Shown here one piece after another: positions 16,504-26,416 of a stretch of 64,000 nt of DNA. The stretch's first letter is position 1. Every line of letters starts with the position of its first letter. Both the position numbers and the translations under genes were made by a program. The notes under the pieces were generated by a model that was given only the letters and a program-made list of their open reading frames with translations, was not told the origin of the DNA and searched no databases. The stretch comes from Candidatus Hydrogenedentota bacterium (GTDB taxonomy: Bacteria; Hydrogenedentota; Hydrogenedentia; Hydrogenedentales; SLHB01), in NCBI GenBank assembly GCA_029974275.1, contig JARKSN010000276.1, positions 2,721 to 66,720 of the forward strand, in the 5' to 3' direction.

Positions 16504-19032
16504 ATGAGACTGTTTATCTTGTTTGCTAGCACGCTTCTGGCCTGCGAGATGGCCTGGTCCGCCCACACCAAGATCACGACGTCCGTGCCAATGACCGACG
16601 GCGTTCAACTCAGAACCGACGTCTACACGCCGACCACGGGGGGGCCTTCCTTCGCGGTCATCCTGGAACGAACCCCCTACGATCCGGCTTCAGCAGGCGC
16701 CACCACATGGACGGACCAAGGCTATATCTACATTTGCCAGACGGTCCGCGGACGTTACGGAAGCACCGGAACCTTCCGTCCATTTGCCGACGACGGGTGG
16801 GGCGATCACAAAGACGGGGCCGAAACCGTCGATTGGATATTGGGACAGCCCTGGTGCAATGGCAAAGTGGCCACCTACGGAGGTTCCGCCAACGCCATCA
16901 CGTCCGTCCGACTCGGCGCCGCCTCGCAAAAACTGGTCTGCCAAGTCTTCCAGGAAGGCGGAACCAATTTCACCGATCACCTGACCTACCAAGGCGGCGT
17001 GTACCGGCAGGGGCTTTGCGATGGCTGGCTGACCTATGGCGTGGGAACGCCCAGCTACAACGAATGGCGGCAGCACCTGCCCAGCGATACGGCGTTTTGG
17101 AGCTTTTACAATGCCGAGGCGCGGGCGCCGCTCGTGACGGCTCCCGGCATGCACGTCGGAGGCTGGTGGGATATCTTCGCGCGCGGCACCATCAGCAACT
17201 TTGTGCAACGTCAATACCTGGGCGGCCCCGGAGCCAAAGGCAATCAGAAATTGTCCATGCGCCCCACGACCCACGGCGGGTGGGGCCCTGCGGGAGAATT
17301 CGTGCGCGCGCCGAATTTCGAGGATTTCAGGGTCACCCCGCGCCGTAGGGACTTCGCCCGTTACTGGCTGCTAGGCACGCCCAGCGCCTACATGTCGGAA
17401 CCGCCCGTAAGCTACTACATCGTGGGGCCGGACACCGATTACACCCTGGGATGGCAATATCGGACTGCGGACAAGTGGCCCCCCTTCCCGCCCAATGAGA
17501 CGCCACACTATTTGACGCACGCGGGCGCCTTGGAGACATCCGTGCCCGCTAGCGGTTCTCGCACCTACACCTTCAACCCATATAACCCGGCGCCGTCGCT
17601 GGGCGGGCAGGAATTGACCCTGCCCTCGGGCCCCTTCGACCAACGCCCCGTCAGCAACCGATCCGACATATTGAAATTTGAAAGCGCCGCGATGACCACT
17701 CCGCTCGAAGTCACCGGGCATTTCAAGGTTCGCTTGTTCGTCTCCTCGGACGCGCCCGACACGGATTTCACGGCCAAATTGGTGGATGTCTATCCCGCGC
17801 CAGACGGACGCGAAATTTTGATGCTGGATAGCATTCAGCGAGTGAAATACCGGCTCGGCAACGACCAGCCCCAACCCGCGCTGCAACCGGGACAAGTCGT
17901 CGAGATCACGATTGATCTGGGAGACATTAGCTGGATGTTCGCGACGGGCCACAAGATTGGGTTGCACATTTCGAGCAGCAACAGCACGCGTTTTCAGGTG
18001 AACCCCAACACCGGCGAAGACTTTCAGACCGGTTCCATGCGCGTCGCCCAAAACACGGTTCACATGGGAGGCGTATATGCCAGCGCGCTGCTGCTGCCAC
18101 AGCGCACGCCTTCGGTGGACACGGACAACGACGGGTTCACGGACGAACAAGAGTGGAACACGCCCAATGGCGACATGGACAACGACGGCATCACCGACGC
18201 CGAGGAATACTTCGTGTTGGGAAGCAACCCGCGCGTCGCCGGCATCGTGCTCGCCACCATGACGCTCATCCATGCCGTAGACGGTTCCAACGTCGATGTC
18301 ACGTTTTCCCGCCCTGTGGGACCCTCCGCCTTGGCGCCGGCCAATTACCTTCTTTCCGGATCAGGGAAAGGGACTATGGCCGACCATCCCCATACCGTCA
18401 CGCGACAACAAAATTCCAACGTGTACCGTTTGACATGGAACGCCGGCGAAATGCGCACGGGGGGAGATATCACCATCACGATATCCAATATCCTCGATGA
18501 AAATGGACGCGGCCTCCTGGCTCCGTACTCGCGGACCGAAGTGGGCACCGCCATGGGCGTGGCTCCCACCATCCTGCTCAAACCGACCGTGCCGAAAATA
18601 ACCAGCCTGTGGCCCATCCAGGTCGCCGCCGTTTTGTCGGAGCCCTTTGCCGATATGGGGCCGCATTGCCTCATGTTGACCAACGCAACCGTCAGCGACT
18701 TCGTCGTGAACGGCCTCGACGTCAACTTTTCGCTCTGGCCCAAGGCGAACGGAACCGTAACGGCGGTCGTCCCGGCCAACATCGCCCACGATCTCGCCGG
18801 CAACGCCAACACCATATCCAATACCCTGGTGCATGAGTTCCTGAAGGTCGGCGGCGATCTGGACGGGAATGGCGAGGCCGATGCGGTGGACGTTCAGTTG
18901 GCGATCAACAGCGCCCTGCGTCTTCCCGCAAACGTCGACGCCGATGTCAACTGCGACAAAGTCGTCGACATCGTCGATGTGCAGCTCATCATCAACGCGG
19001 CCTTGCGGTACAACGTGCAACTCTGTAAATAG
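16504..19032 (+). CDS. CocE/NonD family hydrolase with Asp-rich Ca-binding repeats, Ig-like region and C-terminal dockerin-like module
   Basis: MRLFILFASTLLAC is a signal peptide. It is a paralogue of 14103..16010 (GPGAKGNQK, HKIGLHISSSNSTRFQVNPNTG). Repeats are DTDNDGFTDEQE and DMDNDGITDAEE. The terminal GDLDGNGEADAVDVQLAINSAL ... DADVNCDKVVDIVDVQLIINAAL is a two-segment dockerin-type repeat. GTG 16501 is an alternative start. Confidence 0.88.
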   Translation: MRLFILFASTLLACEMAWSAHTKITTSVPMTDGVQLRTDVYTPTTGGPSFAVILERTPYDPASAGATTWTDQGYIYICQTVRGRYGSTGTFRPFADDGWGDHKDGAETVDWILGQPWCNGKVATYGGSANAITSVRLGAASQKLVCQVFQEGGTNFTDHLTYQGGVYRQGLCDGWLTYGVGTPSYNEWRQHLPSDTAFWSFYNAEARAPLVTAPGMHVGGWWDIFARGTISNFVQRQYLGGPGAKGNQKLSMRPTTHGGWGPAGEFVRAPNFEDFRVTPRRRDFARYWLLGTPSAYMSEPPVSYYIVGPDTDYTLGWQYRTADKWPPFPPNETPHYLTHAGALETSVPASGSRTYTFNPYNPAPSLGGQELTLPSGPFDQRPVSNRSDILKFESAAMTTPLEVTGHFKVRLFVSSDAPDTDFTAKLVDVYPAPDGREILMLDSIQRVKYRLGNDQPQPALQPGQVVEITIDLGDISWMFATGHKIGLHISSSNSTRFQVNPNTGEDFQTGSMRVAQNTVHMGGVYASALLLPQRTPSVDTDNDGFTDEQEWNTPNGDMDNDGITDAEEYFVLGSNPRVAGIVLATMTLIHAVDGSNVDVTFSRPVGPSALAPANYLLSGSGKGTMADHPHTVTRQQNSNVYRLTWNAGEMRTGGDITITISNILDENGRGLLAPYSRTEVGTAMGVAPTILLKPTVPKITSLWPIQVAAVLSEPFADMGPHCLMLTNATVSDFVVNGLDVNFSLWPKANGTVTAVVPANIAHDLAGNANTISNTLVHEFLKVGGDLDGNGEADAVDVQLAINSALRLPANVDADVNCDKVVDIVDVQLIINAALRYNVQLCK

Positions 19033-19077
19033 GAAAGAGGAAACAAGGAGAAATCCCCTGACGATCCCGCCAAGGGA

Positions 19078-19680
19078 TCAGACGGGCTTTCTCCCGTCGA
19101 GAGCATGGGCGAGGGTGACGTCGTCCGCGCATTCGAGTCCGCTTCCCATCGGGACCCCATGGGCGATGCGGGTGACGGCGACGTCTGGCCAGGGCGCAAT
19201 CTGCCGGGACACATACAGGGCCGTGGCCTCTCCTTGCGTCGTCGCGTTTGTCGCCAGGATCACTTCCCGCACCGCGCCGGCATGCAGTCGCTGCAACAAA
19301 CGGTCGAGGGTCAACTCCGACGGCCCCACGCCTTCCAACGGGTCCAAGGCGCCATGCAACACGTGGTAGACGCCGCGATATCCCGCGCCTTTTTCAATCG
19401 CCATGACGCCAGAGGGCCGTTCCGTCACGCAAACAACGGCATGATCCCGTCGAGCATCCGCGCAAATGGGACAGGGGTCTTGTTCCGTCAGGTTGCAGCA
19501 AATCGAACACCGCCGCACACGGTCGCGCGCATCCTGGATGGCCGCGCTCAGAAACGCCGCTTCGTCATCCGGCGCGCTAAGAAGATGAAGGGCCAGGCGC
19601 TCCGCCGTACGTTTGCCTATGCCCGGCAGACGCCGGAACGCCTCGACCAAACGTTCCACAGACGGCGCGTTAACGAGCAT
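19078..19680 (-). CDS. recR: recombination protein RecR
   Basis: LPGIGKRTAERLALHLL is the helix-hairpin-helix. CSICCNLTEQDPCPIC is the C4 zinc finger. A Toprim region follows (VVCVTERPSGVMAIE). Confidence 0.95.
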   Translation of the reverse strand: MLVNAPSVERLVEAFRRLPGIGKRTAERLALHLLSAPDDEAAFLSAAIQDARDRVRRCSICCNLTEQDPCPICADARRDHAVVCVTERPSGVMAIEKGAGYRGVYHVLHGALDPLEGVGPSELTLDRLLQRLHAGAVREVILATNATTQGEATALYVSRQIAPWPDVAVTRIAHGVPMGSGLECADDVTLAHALDGRKPV

Positions 19681-19715
19681 ATTCTCCCCTTCGGCAGGCT
19701 ACGGCGAATCGGACA

Positions 19716-20231
19716 TCAGGCCTTCGTCGAGGCAAGCAACAGTTTTTCGCGGGTCTCGTTCCACTCCCGGAGCTTCGCCTGTTGCGTCAGGACATCGACC
19801 CGATCGAGAAAGATGAGACCGTCGAGATGATCGCATTCGTGTTGAATGATGCGCGCCAACAAGTCGCGCGCCTCAAACTCGACGCGTTTTCCGCGATGGT
19901 CCAGCGCGCGCACATGAATGAAAGCGGCGCGCGGCACCGGCGCATACACCTGCGGAAGACTCAAACAGCCTTCTTCCCCTTGCTCGACGCCTTCCATTTC
20001 GAGTATTTCGGGATTGATCAGGCACATCGGAGCCGCTTTGGGTTCTTGCACCACGATGATGCGCTTGGCCACTCCGACCTGGGGACCTGCCAGTCCCACT
20101 CCCTCGTAGGCGTTCATGGTTTCCAACATGTCTTCCGCCAACGCCGCCACGTCGTTCGTGACCGCGTCGAACGCTTGGGCGACCCGGGTCAATGGGTCGT
20201 CGGGAAAATATACCACTCGCAGCGAAGCCAT
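19716..20231 (-). CDS. def: peptide deformylase
   Basis: The three PDF motifs are present: GVGLAGPQVG, EGCLS and QHECDHLDG. AAGGAG lies 6 nt before ATG 20231 (MASLRVVYFPDDPL). Confidence 0.95.
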   Translation of the reverse strand: MASLRVVYFPDDPLTRVAQAFDAVTNDVAALAEDMLETMNAYEGVGLAGPQVGVAKRIIVVQEPKAAPMCLINPEILEMEGVEQGEEGCLSLPQVYAPVPRAAFIHVRALDHRGKRVEFEARDLLARIIQHECDHLDGLIFLDRVDVLTQQAKLREWNETREKLLLASTKA

Positions 20232-20445
20232 CATCCGCTCCTTCGTTTCCATGGTAACAAAAGCCGCCATGGGTCTCAATACCCCGCTCACGCTTCGCAA
20301 CAGAAACAGTTCTTGGCGCCCAGGAATTTCCGCCGGCTTTCTTAGATCCGTTTCATGAAAACCATGCCGGGCTCGCCCCGAAGCGTCTTCAAACAGAACC
20401 GCTTTCCGGCGAAATGCGGCTACGCCATTTTGAAAGCGGCGCCCA

Positions 20446-22977
20446 TCATTTCGGAGACGCCGTCACCGGCTCCACCGTGGCGGAAGGAACCTGAGCGGAC
20501 GCCCCGTCTGCAGCCGTCTCAGAAACGCTGTCCTTGGCGGGCGGCGAATCAAAGCACACCAGATAGGGGTCCAACGGGTCCAACAAGACGGGGAACGTCA
20601 CCTGTCGCCCTTCAATAAGGTCATGCCCAGAAGCAGGGCCCGTGAATAGACGGCCATGGACCGGCGCCTTGCCGATATTGAGCATGAACAAATACCCCTT
20701 CCCGTCTTTCTCGGCGTATTGAGTCCTCACGCCTTCCAGCGGATAGCCGTATTGATTGACGAGTCGTGGAATCTTCGGAAGCGATCCCATGACGAAGGAA
20801 GCGTCCATGGCGTGCAGATATTTGGGGGCTGTGGCGTTACCTTGAACCAATACGGTCCTCGGGGTAAAGGGAAATGTTTCGTGCCGGGCTCCCCCGCGCT
20901 CGTTGTAGGGGAAGGGATTTCCGGAACGGATGATCACGCCGCCTTGCTCGACGTGATCCATCAAGAGGCTGAATTTTTCGTCGGAAATGGCCTGTGCATG
21001 CGGAATGATCAGCACGCGCAACGATTTCAACACGTCACTCGTGCACTGTTCTTCGCTTACGAAACGCACGTTGAAGCCGGAGAAGGAACATCCTTCATAC
21101 GCCGCCAAGGCCGCGGCCAAAAAAGGATCGCCGTTGTCCAGAATGCGCGACGAGGTGGTCCACATGATCGCGGCATCGGCGGGGCGTTCCCGGAACGCCT
21201 GAATGACAGGCGCCAAACGATTGATGTCGAGAGCGGCGGTCGCATAGGCGTCGGCCAGTTCCGGAACATCCGCCAACGACGAAGCCCTGTCGCCCATGTT
21301 CAAGGCCAGGCCGCTCAGCCCCGCCAGGACGTTGTCCCACATGAGCGACGTCACGACATCCGCCAAGTCCGACGTTGACAAGACATCCCCGCCCAGCAAG
21401 GTCTGACCGAAGTCCACAATCGGCTTGTCCGGGGCGAACGAATGGAGCAGGGCGTACATTGCCGCTGGCAATGGATACGGCAGCGCATAGGGCGACGCGT
21501 CGATCCGGGGTTGCGACACGCACGCCGTGAACGGAGACATGCCGCAGATTCTCTCGTAATCGATGCCGCGGCGGGCATCGCCGAGATTGAAAATGTCGCC
21601 GCTAAAACGCACGGCAAGCGGCAAGCCTTCCAAGCGTTTTTCGCCGTCCTGCTGCATCATGGCCACTACGGTTGAAGTTCGATCCATATGGAAAAGCTGC
21701 AGATCGTACTGATAGGCGATCTTTTTATGGCTCCAATCGATTGGAATCTCCGATAAATCCCTGAGATGCATTTTCCACGCCTGGTTCACATCATCGCGAT
21801 CGGCGTAGTAAGCGCGGACGCGCTCGATAAACCGTTGGCGGTCGTCTTCGGTCAGGGGCGACATAGGCGGCAGGTCGATACACGCCAGCGCTTTCGCCGA
21901 AGGCGCGTCGGCAAGCAGGGAAGCCGCCTCGGAAAGGGCATGATCAATCGCCACGCCCCCAGCGGCGTAATCGATCGCGTCCCTCTCCGGCGTCAGAATC
22001 GAACGCAAATCCAACGCCAGCACAAGGTTTTGGTCCGCGGCCGCCGCCAGAATCGACTTTATTTCCTCGCCGTGCGTCTTTTCGGGTTCCAGGGATATCA
22101 GCTGGAAACCCAGCCGAGCAAGCCGCTGAATGTCATCCGCTCCGCCAGAAGGGAGAGTCGTTCCAAAGAGGAAAATGGGCCGGTCCATCTGCCAGAAAAG
22201 CCCGTCGCGCCGCGTGATCGCCGCCGCATCGAACGCGGGCATGACGACGCGTCGCGCGCTGTCGGATCCTTCCAGGGAGAAGCGCGTGCGCACCCAACCG
22301 TTGGCGGCGTTCAGATAGCGGACGAGATCTTGCGCCTTGGGCCATTCCCCGCTCTCGAACGCAAGACGGATTTGCGCCATCGCCGCGGAACTCGTCGTCA
22401 TCTTGACCTGGACGTAGTTCGACAGAGGCTCGGGCTGCTGATCCAGGTATGCCTTGAGCGCGGCATGGTCGGCTTCCGCCCGTTGCAGCGCGTTCCAAAG
22501 CTGCTGCTCGGATATGACGTGCGCCGCCGCCGCCGCCGTCGCGGAAGTCAAACTGCGTTGATGACTGACCGCTAATCGCGCCGTATACTCGCCGGGAGGC
22601 AACGTCGACGGATCCAGCGTGAACCGGAAGGGATTGGGGCCCGCTATCACCTCCATTCGCAAGGAACCGGTCTGAAGCGTCTTGCCGGAAACATCAACGA
22701 CATCGAGTTTGAGCCGCATGTCGATGGCATCGGCAGGGCACAGCAGGGTCCCGAAAAGCGTGACGGACTCGTCGCGCGATTGCGGTGGAACAGGGTCTAT
22801 CCGCACCTGAACGCTCTTCCCAGACTGTTGCAGGAAAGGTTCAAACCAAATGCGCACATGGTCCTGGCTGGATGGTGCATCGGCGGACGCCTTCGCTGCC
22901 ACATCGGCTCCCGCCGCGTTCCAGCCGATCGCCACCAACCCAAGGGCCGCCATCGTCAGATAGATAAGACGAAACAT
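20446..22977 (-). CDS. large secreted hypothetical protein (possibly GH42-like: TIM-barrel plus GATase1-like domain)
   Basis: ATG 22977 is preceded by AAGGA. MFRLIYLTMAALGLVAIGWNAAGA is a signal peptide. The segment VLIIPHAQAISDEKFSLLMDHVEQGGVIIRSG resembles the trimerisation/GATase-like domain of GH42 enzymes. The functional call is weak. Confidence 0.65.
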   Translation of the reverse strand: MFRLIYLTMAALGLVAIGWNAAGADVAAKASADAPSSQDHVRIWFEPFLQQSGKSVQVRIDPVPPQSRDESVTLFGTLLCPADAIDMRLKLDVVDVSGKTLQTGSLRMEVIAGPNPFRFTLDPSTLPPGEYTARLAVSHQRSLTSATAAAAAHVISEQQLWNALQRAEADHAALKAYLDQQPEPLSNYVQVKMTTSSAAMAQIRLAFESGEWPKAQDLVRYLNAANGWVRTRFSLEGSDSARRVVMPAFDAAAITRRDGLFWQMDRPIFLFGTTLPSGGADDIQRLARLGFQLISLEPEKTHGEEIKSILAAAADQNLVLALDLRSILTPERDAIDYAAGGVAIDHALSEAASLLADAPSAKALACIDLPPMSPLTEDDRQRFIERVRAYYADRDDVNQAWKMHLRDLSEIPIDWSHKKIAYQYDLQLFHMDRTSTVVAMMQQDGEKRLEGLPLAVRFSGDIFNLGDARRGIDYERICGMSPFTACVSQPRIDASPYALPYPLPAAMYALLHSFAPDKPIVDFGQTLLGGDVLSTSDLADVVTSLMWDNVLAGLSGLALNMGDRASSLADVPELADAYATAALDINRLAPVIQAFRERPADAAIMWTTSSRILDNGDPFLAAALAAYEGCSFSGFNVRFVSEEQCTSDVLKSLRVLIIPHAQAISDEKFSLLMDHVEQGGVIIRSGNPFPYNERGGARHETFPFTPRTVLVQGNATAPKYLHAMDASFVMGSLPKIPRLVNQYGYPLEGVRTQYAEKDGKGYLFMLNIGKAPVHGRLFTGPASGHDLIEGRQVTFPVLLDPLDPYLVCFDSPPAKDSVSETAADGASAQVPSATVEPVTASPK

Positions 22978-23186
22978 GCATTTCCTTTCGTAATCGCCGC
23001 CCATATCCACGCCGGGGGAAGGGGCCGCGTCCCGCGCTACACCGGCCATTCTAGGAAGGTCACCGGAAAATGGCAAATTGGCGCCCTCATCCGCGTCATA
23101 ACAACGCGGCAAGCCCTATCAATGATGACGCGCCTCTATTCGGAATTCCTGCGGGGATCCGCCGGAGCGGATCGTGACGGCCATCG

Positions 23187-24572
23187 CTACGGCAACACAT
23201 ACGCGGCTACTTCCCCCAACGCCTTCAGGAGTTCCTCGCCCGTGAAACCCGTTTCGTGACCGATACGGCCTGAAAAATACAGAACGGCCATCAAGACCGT
23301 CCACGCCACGCAGACCGCCGAGGCCGCCGCTAACAAACCTGCTCGCCGCCAAGCCGCCCGCGCCGCATCGCTCCCCAAAACGCGTTCGATCAGCCACGCG
23401 AACCCAATCAGCCAAACAGGCCAGCAGGCGAGCATGGCCCGCGCGCCAAACGACGCCCCAAACCACCAGATGCACCATGCCGAGTTGATGTACCAAAGCG
23501 CCAACCACGGCGCGCTCAGCGACAACGACCACTTCGCCTGGCCGCGCATGCCCGCAACGACAAGACCTATGGCGCATAACAGAACCACCGGCGCGTAGAC
23601 GAATAGCGAGTTGCGCGTTGAAAAAAGGGTGTTCAGGAGTTCAGGGCGCAGCCAATCGAATCCCTGTCCCTCGTAGCTGTCCACGAAAAACGCGCCGTAT
23701 AGCCGTTTCCACGCGATCAACTGTGGAGCGGCTCCGAGGAACCCGCCGACAGCGTACAACGTCCAATGCGGGGCGCGCGCAAAAAGAATTCGAACGCGCT
23801 CTCGCGGGCGTGATGAAACCATGCGGATAAATTCGCGCACGGCATAGGCCGCGCCCATGACCACGTCGGTGTAACGCACCGCGGCCATGAACCCGTTGAG
23901 ACACCCCAGCCCGAAAGTTGCGCGTTTCGAACGTGCCGCATCCGATCGAACCAGCCACCAAAAATACACCCCGGCAAGTCCCACATTCGTTGTGTGCGGA
24001 TTGGGGGCCTGTATCGTGCAATAGGCGAATAAACTCGTGCCCAACAGCACCACCGGCAACGCCAGAGCGGCGGCGCGTTCTCCCGCGAAACGCGCCGCCA
24101 GCCGCCAGCTCAACGCTATCCCGATCCACCCGATAAGGATGTTCGCAAGCGAATACAGGTACGTGTAGCAAGCCGAGTATCCGTCGTAGGGCAACTGTCG
24201 CCCCAAGACGACATTGGCTATCCACGTGGCCGCATGCCCCAGCCAGATCGTCGGCGCGAGCAAGAGCCCCATGCCCACGGCGTATCGATTGGGCACAAGA
24301 CCCGTCGCGGTTCGCTTTGATATCTCATCCGGTTGGTCCGCGGCGAAAGGGTTGTTGTAGAAATAGGCGTATTCGTTGGCGAAGTCGAGATCGCCGTCCA
24401 TGGCGAGCGAACGGGCATAGGCGTAATAATGCTGCTCGTCCCAGCCCTGGATGCTATGACGGGTTTCGCCGGTGGTCTGAAACACGGAGTACAGCGCCGT
24501 GCATACAAGGAAAAGGCCTAGGCAGATGCCTGCTCCCATGCGGCGCCACCGTGATTCTTCATGCAACGTCAT
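23187..24572 (-). CDS. polytopic membrane protein, GT-C (PMT/ArnT-like) glycosyltransferase-like
   Basis: There are about 11 predicted TM helices. The first loop, GWDEQHYYAYARSLAMDGDLDFANEY, carries the acidic D/E motif typical of GT-C enzymes. ATG 24572 (MTLHEESRWRR) was chosen as start. Upstream in-frame starts exist, up to 24671. Confidence 0.65.
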   Translation of the reverse strand: MTLHEESRWRRMGAGICLGLFLVCTALYSVFQTTGETRHSIQGWDEQHYYAYARSLAMDGDLDFANEYAYFYNNPFAADQPDEISKRTATGLVPNRYAVGMGLLLAPTIWLGHAATWIANVVLGRQLPYDGYSACYTYLYSLANILIGWIGIALSWRLAARFAGERAAALALPVVLLGTSLFAYCTIQAPNPHTTNVGLAGVYFWWLVRSDAARSKRATFGLGCLNGFMAAVRYTDVVMGAAYAVREFIRMVSSRPRERVRILFARAPHWTLYAVGGFLGAAPQLIAWKRLYGAFFVDSYEGQGFDWLRPELLNTLFSTRNSLFVYAPVVLLCAIGLVVAGMRGQAKWSLSLSAPWLALWYINSAWCIWWFGASFGARAMLACWPVWLIGFAWLIERVLGSDAARAAWRRAGLLAAASAVCVAWTVLMAVLYFSGRIGHETGFTGEELLKALGEVAAYVLP

Positions 24573-24753
24573 GCGAGACCCATTCTCCGGCTTACATGTT
24601 CGCGGCGTTGAAACAACGCCGGTGTCCGAAATCGTTTTTCCCCTCCCGTCGGCCGGATACCGTGCACTCACCCCATTTCTTGCGGGACGACAGACCGATC
24701 GGGTCTAATGGCCCCATTGTATACTGAAAGCGTCTAGAAAGGATTCTTGTCGG

Positions 24754-26265
24754 ATGTGGTTGAACTCCCGTCGTGCGTGCATGCGTCTTGTTCAGGATAT
24801 TGGGTTTTGTTGGTTGCTGCTGGCTGGCGCACTATTGGCCGGGTGCCGTGAGCCCGTCGTTCCCGGAGCCAAGCCGCCTGAACAAACCGTGGCGCCCCAA
24901 CCGATTACCGTCGATTCGGCGTCACGCCCGAACGTGATTCTTATCGTGGCGGACGCGTTGCGCGCGGACCGCGTGTTCGGAAAACGCGGCGACATTGCGC
25001 TCATGCCAAACCTGAGCCAGTTCGCCCAGGAATCGTGGAACTACGCCCATGCAACGTCCCAAGCGTCCTGGACCAAGCCCTCGGTCGCGTCGTATCTGAC
25101 GGCGCTCTATCCCGGCGTGCACCGGACGCTGTTTGGCGTCCATGTGCAACTGCTCCCAAATGATCCCGTCGAGGCCGACTCGTTGCCTCGCGAATTCGAA
25201 ACGATGCCCAAGTACCTGAAAAGCCAAGGGTATGCAACGGCGTGCCTTCAGACAAACGCCAACGTCAGCGGCGCATTCGGGTTCGCGGAAGGTTTCGACG
25301 CCTACTTCTTCAAAGGCTATCCTGAATGCCGCGCGAACCAGGTCACGGACAAGGCCATCGAGACCATGGACGCGATGAAGCGTCCTTTCTTCTACTACAT
25401 TCACTACATGGACACGCACCTGCCGTATGATCCGCCCGCGCAGCGCCTCGACTCTTTCGGGCCGTTGCCCGCCCTCGAACCGTCGGATGAGAACATCCTC
25501 AACAATTACGAGTCGGCCTATATGGACTGGGTGCTGAACGCGATCGGGAAGAAACACGCGCGCGAGTTCGGCGAGTTATCGGAGGGCGGCAAGGAACGCA
25601 TCCGAATGAAATACGATGCCGAAGTCCAGTTTCTCGATGCAGAACTCGGGCGGTTGCTGACGCACATACGGCTCCAGCACCCAAACACCATCGTGATTGT
25701 CACCGCCGACCACGGCGAGGAACTGTGGGAACATGGCGGCATGGGACATGGCAGGACGGTATACGAGGAACTGGTCCATGTGCCGCTCATCATTGCGCAG
25801 CCCGGAGCCTCCGCGCGCGTGGTGGAGGCCCCAGTCGAACTGATTGATTTATTGCCGTCCCTGGCGGGCATCCTTGGCACGCCTCCGCGCGACGCCTGGC
25901 AGGGCGTCGATATCCTCTCGCATCCGGATGCGCTCCCGATGGAGCGGCCGACGTTCAGCATGACCATGTCGTCGATGCGGCGATCCGCGATCAATCTGCA
26001 GAGCGTGACGATAAGACCTTACAAGCTGGTCCGCGATTTACACGCGCAGACGTTCCGCGTGTACGATCTCCAACGCGATCCCGGCGAGCTCTCCCCGTTG
26101 ACCTCGCCCGACGCCGCGCTGTTGGCGCGCTTGGAGACGGCCAGCCAGAAATTGCGCGAACGGAACGCGGCGCACCCATCGATACAAACGCCTGCCGCCG
26201 CCCAAACGGTCGACCCCGAAACGCTCCGGCAGCTTGAAGCGTTGGGCTACAAGCCCCGGCAATAG
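24754..26265 (+). CDS. sulfatase-like (alkaline-phosphatase superfamily) lipoprotein, Thr-nucleophile type
   Basis: Lipobox LLAGC. NVILIVADALRADRV contains the metal-ligand Asp. SWTKPSVASYLTALYP sits where the sulfatase CxPSR motif would be. HYMDTHLPYD and VTADHGEELWEHGGMGHG are also present. ATG 24781 is an alternative start. Confidence 0.82.
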   Translation: MWLNSRRACMRLVQDIGFCWLLLAGALLAGCREPVVPGAKPPEQTVAPQPITVDSASRPNVILIVADALRADRVFGKRGDIALMPNLSQFAQESWNYAHATSQASWTKPSVASYLTALYPGVHRTLFGVHVQLLPNDPVEADSLPREFETMPKYLKSQGYATACLQTNANVSGAFGFAEGFDAYFFKGYPECRANQVTDKAIETMDAMKRPFFYYIHYMDTHLPYDPPAQRLDSFGPLPALEPSDENILNNYESAYMDWVLNAIGKKHAREFGELSEGGKERIRMKYDAEVQFLDAELGRLLTHIRLQHPNTIVIVTADHGEELWEHGGMGHGRTVYEELVHVPLIIAQPGASARVVEAPVELIDLLPSLAGILGTPPRDAWQGVDILSHPDALPMERPTFSMTMSSMRRSAINLQSVTIRPYKLVRDLHAQTFRVYDLQRDPGELSPLTSPDAALLARLETASQKLRERNAAHPSIQTPAAAQTVDPETLRQLEALGYKPRQ

Positions 26266-26416
26266 GCGCGTCCTCTAACCGGAAACAAGGAACGGCTTGC
26301 GGGATTTGTATCGGCCAACCCAAGTTGCTATGCTTGGCCCCTGCAAGATCAGGCGGCAAAAAACGCCTTTTGCCGGGCATATTCCCTGTCACAGGACATA
26401 ACACAACGAGGTTCTC

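Noticed and set aside
18836-19032. The dockerin-like C-terminus as evidence of a cellulosome.
   Set aside because: No cohesin or scaffoldin gene is in the window, and the catalytic domain is a CocE/NonD hydrolase, not a glycanase. Dockerin-type repeats occur widely outside cellulosomes. The module is reported only as a display or anchoring module.
24754-26265. Calling this gene an arylsulfatase.
   Set aside because: The C/S-x-P-x-R formylglycine motif is replaced by T-K-P-S-V, so a sulfatase call is not supported. It is kept as a sulfatase-fold (alkaline-phosphatase superfamily) protein.
26354-26375. Hairpin CGGCAAAA-AACGCC-TTTTGCCG downstream of the sulfatase-like gene, as a terminator.
   Set aside because: The stem is half A-U pairs and is not followed by a U-run, so it cannot be distinguished from chance.
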